This document shows positions 7,398-13,767 of a stretch of DNA of 13,767 nt, one piece after another. Under the pieces are notes generated by a model, which was given only the letters and a program-made list of their open reading frames with translations, did not search any database and was not told the origin of the DNA. Origin of the DNA: Planctomycetota bacterium (GTDB taxonomy: Bacteria > Planctomycetota > Planctomycetia > Pirellulales > Lacipirellulaceae). The position numbers and the translations under genes are program-made. Location: assembly GCA_039190745.1 (NCBI GenBank), contig JBCCXZ010000081.1, positions 1 to 13,767 on the forward strand. The letters run 5' to 3'. Within the stretch, counting starts at the first letter, position 1, and every line of letters begins with the position of its first letter.

Positions 7398-7718
7398 GTG
7401 ACCGAGACAGGCGGCGACATTTCGCTCCGCGAGCTGCAAGCGCTCATCCGGGGGATGTACCACGAGAAAGACGTGGCCCGCGGGGTGGACGGCACGTTCA
7501 TGTGGCTGATGGAAGAGGTGGGCGAGCTCGCCTCTGCGTTACGCGAAGGGACGCACGAAGAGCTGGCGATGGAGTTCGCCGACGTGCTGGCTTGGCTGGC
7601 AACGATCGCGAACGTGGCCGAGGTGGACTTAGCCGCTGCGGTGAGGGAGAAGTACGCCGAGGGTTGCCCGGGGTGCGACCAGCTCGACTGCGTGTGCGAC
7701 GATTCGGAGAAGCCGTGA
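7398..7718 (+). CDS. MazG-like nucleotide pyrophosphohydrolase with C-terminal Cys cluster
   Basis: WLMEEVGEL...EFADVLAWL (EExxE...ExxD) of all-alpha NTP pyrophosphatases; C-terminal CPGC...CVC is a putative Zn site. Confidence 0.88.
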   Translation: MTETGGDISLRELQALIRGMYHEKDVARGVDGTFMWLMEEVGELASALREGTHEELAMEFADVLAWLATIANVAEVDLAAAVREKYAEGCPGCDQLDCVCDDSEKP

Positions 7719-10009
7719 GCCGGGCCGCGAAGACGTTCATCTTGCTGCTCGCGGCGCTTCCGTCGTGGAGCGTGGCCTCGCGGGGAATCGCGGCGGAGGT
7801 CGGTCCGCAGATTGTCAGCCTGCGTCTCGGCTTTGACGGGCAGTTCAAGCTCGGCTGCTGGACGCCTGCAGAAGTCACGATCGCCGGCGGAGACGAACCG
7901 GCGGTCGGCGTCGTCACCGTGACGCTCCCGGACACCGACGGCGTGCCGACGACCTACGCGACGGCGGCCGACCGGCCCGTGGGCGTTGCGCCCGGAGGGG
8001 CTACTACGGTGCGGCTGCTGGTGCGGTCGGGCAAGCTCAGCGCCTCGGCCGTTGTGCGATTGATCGGCCCGAGGCAGGAGCTCGCGAAGCGGACCATCTC
8101 GGCCGATTTGCCGCCCGAAGAGGGCGGGATCGCAAGCGGGCTGCCGGCGACGCACGGGTTGACGCTCGTCTTCGGCCGGCAGACGCAGCTCGGGAATCTC
8201 TTCCCCGCCGATGGCGACGGCGAGGCGGCCGCCGAATCGATCGCCTGGGTCGAAGGCCCGGAAACGCTGCCCACCGACTGGCTCGGGTACGAGGGCGTCG
8301 AGCGGGTCGTGCTGTTGGGGTCGGAGCCGGAAGACTACCGGCCTCTGCTCGCAAGCCGCGAGCGGTTGCGGGCCCTTGAGGAGTGGGTCCGGATGGGCGG
8401 GCGGGCGGTTGTCTTTTGCGGCCCCGGCGCGGCGGAGTTGCTCACGCCCGACGGGGCGTTGGCGGCGCTGGCGCCGGGGGACTTCTCCGAGATCGTCCAG
8501 CTGCGCGACCCGCAGTCGCTGCAGACTTACTCGGATTACAGCGAGGACATCGGCGAGGGGCGGTTTAGCGTCCGCGTGCCGAAGCTCACCAACCTGCGGG
8601 GCAGGGTGCTTGCGCACGCCGGCAAGACGGAGACCGACCTGCCGCTGGTGGTCCGTGGGCCGCTGGGTCTGGGTGAGGTGACGTTCGTAGGGCTGGACAT
8701 CGATCGGGAGCCGCTCGCCGGCTGGGCCGGGCGGACGGCACTCATCCAGAAAGCGTTGCAGATCGACGCCGACAAAGAACAGCAGCAGGAAGACAACCGG
8801 ACCGCGTTCGGCTTTTCTGGCGGGGCGGACCTGATTGGCCAGCTCCGCAATTCCTTGGACGGCAAGTTCGTCGGCGTGCAGACCGTGCCGTTCGTCGCGG
8901 TGGCGGGCCTGGTGGGCGTCTATATCTTGCTGATCGGTCCGGGCGACTACTTCCTGGTCTCGCGGTGGCTGAAGCGGGCGGAACTGACTTGGATCACGTT
9001 CCCGGTGATGGTCGTTGGGGTGTCGGCTTTGGCCTACTTCCTGGGCGGTTGGTTCAAGGGGGACCGGCTGCGTGTGAATCAGGTCGAACTGGTCGACGTC
9101 GACGCGGCCGGCGGCGGCCGGGTGCGGGGGACGGTGTGGACGCACTTCTTCTCGCCGGAGGTCGACCGGTTCGATGTGACGCTCAACCCCGTGCTCGGCG
9201 GGCAGACGCTGGGCGAGGACGATGCCCGGGTCGCGGCGACGTGGTTGGGGATGCCGGGCTACGGGCTGGGCGGCTTGCAGATGGCGGAGCGCAGCTCGCT
9301 GCTGGCTTCACGCGGCTACCGCCAGAGCGGCGACCGATCGGCGCTGCTCGGAATGCCCGTGCAGGTGTGGTCGACCAAGACGTTGACCGCCCGCTGGCAG
9401 GCGGACGGGGCCGAACTAGTCGAAAGTGGGCTGCGGCAAGCGCTCGACGGCGAGCTGGTCGAGGGGGAGATCGTCAACCGCAGCGGGCTCGACTTTACCG
9501 ACTGCGTGCTGCTCTACGGCCGGTGGGCGTACAGCCTGGCGCGGCTGCCCGACGGGAAGCGGATTGTGGTCGACGACGACCGGTACGCCCCGCGGAGCGT
9601 GCGGACGCAGCTCACCAACGCCTCGGCGGGTGACGACACCACGAGCCGCACCGCGGACGACGGCACGGTGCCGTTCGAGTGGCAGCAGAACGACGTGTCG
9701 CGGATCCTGAAGTCGATGATGTTCTACAAGGCCCTCAACGGCCTGAAGTACACCGGCGGGATGCTCAATCGTTACCAGTCTTTCGTCGACCTAAGCCACC
9801 TGCTGACCGAAGACCGGGCGGTGCTGCTCGCGCGGGCGCCGGGGCCGGGGAGCCGGTGGAACGACGGCGACGAACTGCTCGCCAGCGGCGAAGACGACAA
9901 CGATCGGCACTGGGTGTACTACCGGTTTGTGCTGCCCGTTGCAAAAGACAACACGAGTCAAGAGAAATTGACAGGATCAGACAATCAAAGAGGGTCGAGA
10001 GATTTCTGA
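7715..10009 (+). CDS. Large exported/membrane protein (signal peptide, GATase-like extracytoplasmic region, two central TM helices), ABC-export-associated type
   Basis: Start reassigned to GTG 7715 (GTGA overlap with the mazG-like stop); VSRAAKTFILLLAALPSWSVAS is signal-like. LPTDWLGYEGVERVVL and ALEEWVRMGGRAVV patterns; TM pair VAVAGLVGVYILLIGPGDY / LTWITFPVMVVGVSALAYFLGG; upstream of an ABC ATPase. Confidence 0.8.
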   Translation: MSRAAKTFILLLAALPSWSVASRGIAAEVGPQIVSLRLGFDGQFKLGCWTPAEVTIAGGDEPAVGVVTVTLPDTDGVPTTYATAADRPVGVAPGGATTVRLLVRSGKLSASAVVRLIGPRQELAKRTISADLPPEEGGIASGLPATHGLTLVFGRQTQLGNLFPADGDGEAAAESIAWVEGPETLPTDWLGYEGVERVVLLGSEPEDYRPLLASRERLRALEEWVRMGGRAVVFCGPGAAELLTPDGALAALAPGDFSEIVQLRDPQSLQTYSDYSEDIGEGRFSVRVPKLTNLRGRVLAHAGKTETDLPLVVRGPLGLGEVTFVGLDIDREPLAGWAGRTALIQKALQIDADKEQQQEDNRTAFGFSGGADLIGQLRNSLDGKFVGVQTVPFVAVAGLVGVYILLIGPGDYFLVSRWLKRAELTWITFPVMVVGVSALAYFLGGWFKGDRLRVNQVELVDVDAAGGGRVRGTVWTHFFSPEVDRFDVTLNPVLGGQTLGEDDARVAATWLGMPGYGLGGLQMAERSSLLASRGYRQSGDRSALLGMPVQVWSTKTLTARWQADGAELVESGLRQALDGELVEGEIVNRSGLDFTDCVLLYGRWAYSLARLPDGKRIVVDDDRYAPRSVRTQLTNASAGDDTTSRTADDGTVPFEWQQNDVSRILKSMMFYKALNGLKYTGGMLNRYQSFVDLSHLLTEDRAVLLARAPGPGSRWNDGDELLASGEDDNDRHWVYYRFVLPVAKDNTSQEKLTGSDNQRGSRDF
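9968..10004 (+). repeat. GACAGGAT-family repeat, copy 3 (degenerate left arm of pair 2), within the 3' end of the upstream CDS
   Basis: TTGACAGGATCAGACAATCAAAGAGGGTCGAGAGATT aligns ungapped to the reverse complement of 10185-10221 at about 25/37 positions, the first 10 exact. Confidence 0.6.
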
Positions 10010-10183
10010 CTTCGGCGGTCTTTGCAATTCAGCCCGAAGAACGACTGCCGATACCCGAGAAAGGATTAGCTCTGAAGTTGAAGGCTTCCGTCTCCTGCAC
10101 AACAAGAGGCCCGAGAGGAAGAAGAGAGGTTGTTTGGCTGCAGCTTCCACACGTTTATTTCAGGCTCAGCACTCGCCGCCCCC

Positions 10184-10221
10184 CATCCTGTCGATCTCAG
10201 TTGATCCTGTTATCCTGTCAA
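10184..10221 (-). repeat. GACAGGAT-family repeat, copy 4 (right arm of pair 2)
   Basis: Plus strand CATCCTGTCGATCTCAGTTGATCCTGTTATCCTGTCAA. Versus copy 1: 16/17 and 13/13 identity in the two conserved blocks. Confidence 0.85.
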
Positions 10222-10250
10222 CTCCGCGTCCTCTGCGTCTCTGTGGTGAA
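10222..10250 (-). repeat. CAGAGACGCAG-family repeat, full copy
   Basis: Minus strand TTCACCACAGAGACGCAGAGGACGCGGAG, internally periodic (ACGCAGAG-like units), directly abutting GACAGGAT copy 4. Confidence 0.65.
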
Positions 10251-10302
10251 TCCGCGGCGGCTGAACCACGTGACCTGAACTATGTGAATTGAGCGACCCG
10301 CC

Positions 10303-11229
10303 GTGATCGAAACGCACGACCTCACGAAGAAGTACGGCGACCTCTACGCCATCCACAAGATCGAGCTGAAGCTCGAGCCGGGCGACGTCTTCGGTTTCAT
10401 CGGCCCCAACGGCGCCGGGAAGACCACCACGATGCGGATCTTGGCGACGCTGCTCAACCCCACCTGGGGCGAGGCGTACGTCGGCGGCTACTCGATCTAC
10501 ACCAAGCCGAAAGAGATCCGGCGGATCATCGGCTACATGCCGGACTTCTTCGGCGTGTACGACAACATGAAGGTGATCGAGTACCTGGAGTTCTTCGCCG
10601 CGGCGTACCGCATCCACGGGCCGAAGCGTCGGCAGATCTGTGAGCAGGTGCTTGAGCTGGTCGACCTCGTCTACAAGCGTGACGCGCTCGTGACGAGCCT
10701 CTCCCGCGGCATGACGCAGCGGCTGGGCCTGGCGCGGGTGCTGCTGCACGACCCGCAGGTGCTGCTGTTGGACGAGCCGGCGAGCGGGCTCGACCCGCGC
10801 GCCCGGATTGAGATCCGGGGCCTCTTGAAAGAGCTGCGTTCGATGGGCAAGACGATTATGGTCTCCAGCCACATCCTCCCCGAGCTGGCGGACATCTGCA
10901 ACAAGATCGGCATCATCGAACGGGGCGAGTTGATCCACAACGCGGCGGTCGACGAAGTGATGCGTCGAGTGCGTCAGCAGATGGTGCTGAAGATCGAAGT
11001 GGGCGGCGACCAGGAAGCGGCGGCGCAGCTGCTCGAGCAGCACGACATGGTCGACTCGATCGAGCCCGGCGCCGAGGGCCTGCGTGTGACGCTCACCGCG
11101 GGCGAGCACGACTACGGCGTGCTGGCCAAACAGCTGGTTGAGGCGGGGTACTCGCTGAAGCACCTGGGCGAGGAGCCGATCGACCTAGAGACGGCGTTTA
11201 TGGCGCTGACGAAGGGGATTACTTCTTAG
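10303..11229 (+). CDS. ABC transporter ATP-binding protein (ABC-2/exporter type)
   Basis: Walker A GPNGAGKTT, signature LSRGMTQR, Walker B LLLDEP, H-loop VSSHIL; 308 aa. Confidence 0.95.
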   Translation: MIETHDLTKKYGDLYAIHKIELKLEPGDVFGFIGPNGAGKTTTMRILATLLNPTWGEAYVGGYSIYTKPKEIRRIIGYMPDFFGVYDNMKVIEYLEFFAAAYRIHGPKRRQICEQVLELVDLVYKRDALVTSLSRGMTQRLGLARVLLHDPQVLLLDEPASGLDPRARIEIRGLLKELRSMGKTIMVSSHILPELADICNKIGIIERGELIHNAAVDEVMRRVRQQMVLKIEVGGDQEAAAQLLEQHDMVDSIEPGAEGLRVTLTAGEHDYGVLAKQLVEAGYSLKHLGEEPIDLETAFMALTKGITS

Positions 11230-11292
11230 GCGCCCCGGGGGCTCGTTATGAGAATTCCCGAGGGGGTGACGATGTTGCGGCGTTCGGTCAGG

Positions 11293-11327
11293 TGTTACAA
11301 TCAGGTGAGAGTGGAAAACACTCTCGC
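11293..11327 (+). promoter_or_regulatory. Putative extended -10 promoter plus adjacent palindrome (operator or 5' hairpin) for the glycyl radical enzyme operon
   Basis: TGTTACAAT (TGn-TACAAT, 11293-11301) followed by GAGAGTG-GAAAA-CACTCTC (11307-11325) over the predicted transcription start. Confidence 0.5.
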
Positions 11328-11392
11328 TATCAGAACCTCTAGCCGGACCAACAGCCGCAACATAGGGGGGCAGCAACGCTGCGTGAAGATCG

Positions 11393-13642
11393 ATGGCTAC
11401 GGTAGCTGGACCGAGTTCCTTGCTTCGATGGGAGGAAGAGTTCACGCGGGTCTTCCAAGAGCACGAGTTTGCCGACCCCGTGACACGAGAGCTGGCGGCG
11501 ATGCGGGCGCAGTTCCCCGCGTTGCTGCTTCCTGCAGAGGACCACGACCTGTTCGTCGGTCGGCTGCGGTACCCGCTGGCGGGTTTCTTGCCAGAGCCCG
11601 ACGGCATCGAGGCGGGCTTTTACTGCCAGCGTGAGAGCCTCGAAGCGCTGCTTGCGGACGAATCTCTCGGGGACGCCGATCATGAGGCCGCCCGGGGCCT
11701 CCTTCGGTTTTGGGAGGGTCGCAGCACCCGCGAAGTGGTGCGGTCGCGTTTCCCGGCGTGGGTGGCGGAGCGGCTGCCCAGCGATCTGTTTCTAGACGAC
11801 GTGGGCGTTGCCTACCCGTTGTACCGGATGGCGGGCATGCAGCTGGACCTCTATCGCCTGCTGCAGTTGGGCGTTCCGGGCCTGAGGGCGGCCGTTGCCG
11901 ACAGGCTGGCGGCCACGGGCGGCGACGAGGCGGGCAAGCGCTTCTGCGAAGGCTGCTTGGGCGTGCTGGACCTGTTCTGCGAAGTTCTGCAGGACAACGC
12001 CTCTTATTTCGAAGACCGGGCGGCGTCGACGCGAGACCCCGCCCGCGCCGGAGAGCTCATGCAGATGGCCTTGGTGCTTAGCCGGCTTCCCAACGAGGCG
12101 CCCTGGGACCTGCGGTCGGCGATCCAGCTCTTCTGGCTGTACAACCAGCTGGCCGGGTCGTTGAACATGGGGAGGATGGACGAGTACCTGGGGGACTTCC
12201 TCGTAGAGGACCTCGACTCGGGTCGCCTCACCGAAGAGCGGGCCGTCGAGTTGCTGGTTTCGCTCTGGCACTTGATCGTCAGCATCGGCAACGAGTTCAA
12301 CTGCCGCGTCATCTTGGGGGGCCGAGGCCGACGCAACCCCGAGAACGCCGACCGGTTCGCCTTGCTCGCGATGGAGGCCCACCTGCGTGTGCGGGAACAC
12401 ATCCCGCAACTTTCTCTGAGGTTTTACGAGGGCCAAAACCCGGCGCTGATGAAGCGTGCGCTAGACCTGATCGGTGAGGGTTGCACGTTCCCGATCCTGT
12501 ACAACGACGATGTGAGCATCCCCGCGGCGGCGGCGGCGATGGGGATCAGCGAGTCGGAGGCCGTGCATTACCTGCCGTTTGGGTGCGGGGAGTACATGCT
12601 CAACCACCGCAACAACGCGACGCCCAACGGCATCGTCAACACATGCAAGGCCCTGGAGCTAGCGTTGCGCGACGGGGTGGACCCCCTGGGGGGCTGCCAG
12701 CGCTGCCCTTCGACAGGGTCGCCCGCTTCTTGGTCGACCTTCGACGAGTTGTGGAAGGCCTACACCCGTCAGGTGGAGTACTTCCTGGACGCGCTTGCGG
12801 CGCACCAGCGGCTGGAGTTCGACGTGGTCGGCGAGCAGGCAAACTACCTGCTGGCGAGCATGCTGCACGACGGCTGCCTGGAACGGGGGAGGGGGCTATT
12901 CTGCGGCGGGCTGGAACACCTCGACGGCACGATGGAGTCGTACGGCGACGTCAACACGGCCGACAGCCTGACGGCGCTAAAACGGCTTGTGTTTGACGAG
13001 CGGCGGTACACGCTTGAGGAAGTGGTCGCGGCGTGTGACGCCGATTGGCAAGGCTACGAACCGATGCGGGAAGCGTTGCTCGCGGCTCCCAAGTTCGGGA
13101 ACGACGACCCGGAGGCAGACGCCATGCGGATCGCAGTGCACGAGCACGTGTGCCGGTACACCCGCGGCCTCGCCAAGCCGAACGGGTTGCGTTACTACTT
13201 GGTGGTGGTGATCAACAACAAGAACAACGTGATCCAGGGGCAGGCCACGGGGGCCACGCCAGACGGCAGGCGCCGGGGCGATGCATTTGCCAACGCTAAC
13301 AACCCCGCACCCGGGAACGACCGTTCGGGGGTGACCGCGTTCCTCAGCAGCCTGGCGGGCGTGCCGAACGATTGCCACGCTGGGATGGTGCAGAACATGA
13401 AGTTCAGCCGCGAGATGTTCACCCACAACCGGCCTAAGCTGGAGCTGCTGCTTGAGACCTACTGGCAGCTCGGCGGCGCCCAGGCGATGATCACGGTGCT
13501 CGGCCGCCAAGACCTGGAGAACGCGATGCGTGAGCCCGAGAACTACGGGCACTTGATGGTCAGGGTCGGCGGCTTCAGTGCGCGGTTCGTCGACCTGGAG
13601 CCGGAAGTTCAGCGAGAGATCCTGGAAAGGACGCTCTACTAG
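11393..13642 (+). CDS. Glycyl radical enzyme (PFL-like superfamily, not canonical PflB), substrate unknown
   Basis: 749 aa. C-terminal glycyl radical loop [12 protein letters not shown] (Gly727); single-Cys loop PFGCGEY (Cys398/Glu400); [15 protein letters not shown] and [10 protein letters not shown] motifs; followed by an activase. Confidence 0.93.
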   Translation: MATVAGPSSLLRWEEEFTRVFQEHEFADPVTRELAAMRAQFPALLLPAEDHDLFVGRLRYPLAGFLPEPDGIEAGFYCQRESLEALLADESLGDADHEAARGLLRFWEGRSTREVVRSRFPAWVAERLPSDLFLDDVGVAYPLYRMAGMQLDLYRLLQLGVPGLRAAVADRLAATGGDEAGKRFCEGCLGVLDLFCEVLQDNASYFEDRAASTRDPARAGELMQMALVLSRLPNEAPWDLRSAIQLFWLYNQLAGSLNMGRMDEYLGDFLVEDLDSGRLTEERAVELLVSLWHLIVSIGNEFNCRVILGGRGRRNPENADRFALLAMEAHLRVREHIPQLSLRFYEGQNPALMKRALDLIGEGCTFPILYNDDVSIPAAAAAMGISESEAVHYLPFGCGEYMLNHRNNATPNGIVNTCKALELALRDGVDPLGGCQRCPSTGSPASWSTFDELWKAYTRQVEYFLDALAAHQRLEFDVVGEQANYLLASMLHDGCLERGRGLFCGGLEHLDGTMESYGDVNTADSLTALKRLVFDERRYTLEEVVAACDADWQGYEPMREALLAAPKFGNDDPEADAMRIAVHEHVCRYTRGLAKPNGLRYYLVVVINNKNNVIQGQATGATPDGRRRGDAFANANNPAPGNDRSGVTAFLSSLAGVPNDCHAGMVQNMKFSREMFTHNRPKLELLLETYWQLGGAQAMITVLGRQDLENAMREPENYGHLMVRVGGFSARFVDLEPEVQREILERTLY

Positions 13643-13643
13643 C

Positions 13644-13767
13644 ATGGGCGTTGAAGCCGTCGAAGGCGTCGTCTTCGATATCCAGCGGGGGGCCCTGCAT
13701 GATGGCCCCGGGGTGCGGACCACGGTCTTCTTGAAAGGGTGCCCCCTGCGGTGCCTCTGGTGCCACA
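13644..13767 (+). CDS. Glycyl-radical enzyme activating protein (radical SAM), 5' part only
   Basis: Manual translation: [41 protein letters not shown]..., i.e. HDGPGxRT plus CxxxCxxC. Starts 1 bp after the GRE stop and runs off the window. Confidence 0.93.
   Translation, partial: MGVEAVEGVVFDIQRGALHDGPGVRTTVFLKGCPLRCLWCH

Noticed and set aside
7373..9145. 590-aa minus-strand ORF
   Set aside because: Antisense to the mazG-like and membrane-protein genes; Arg/Pro-rich shadow composition.
4631..10250. One large composite transposon bounded by the outermost GACAGGAT copies
   Set aside because: The interior is ordinary housekeeping-type genes, with no transposase or evident target-site duplication; two local pairs explain the four copies more simply.
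9679..11163. ORFs 9679..10278 (+) and 10210..11163 (-)
   Set aside because: The first overlaps a real CDS out of frame and ends in repeat-derived sequence (ILLSCQLRVLCVSVVN); the second is antisense to the ABC ATPase.
11393..13642. Calling the GRE pflB, cutC or hypD
   Set aside because: It lacks the PflB Cys-Cys pair and the GCVE motif; no specific assignment is supportable from sequence alone.

Overview
High-GC bacterial chromosomal segment; gene content and repeat style suggest a planctomycete (inference). In order it holds: a membrane-anchored hypothetical gene running off the left edge (-, missed by the ORF track); a minimal two-helix K+-channel-family gene; ApgM-type phosphoglycerate mutase (-) divergent from glucose-6-phosphate isomerase (+); a small membrane-anchored hypothetical; an MBL-fold hydrolase; a secreted hypothetical; a Rieske ferredoxin (-); a MazG-like pyrophosphatase coupled to a large membrane protein; an ABC ATPase with no adjacent permease; and an atypical glycyl radical enzyme (GCGE / RVGGF) followed by the start of its radical-SAM activase. 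The most unusual signals are non-coding. (i) A ~35-bp GACAGGAT-based repeat occurs four times as two inward-facing pairs. One pair tightly brackets a single gene (4716-5204) like a cassette; the other brackets ~180 bp of apparently empty or decayed DNA. (ii) The apgM-pgi spacer has inverted heptamer arrays enclosing GTAG/REP-like hairpins. No rRNA, tRNA, CRISPR array or transposase was seen.
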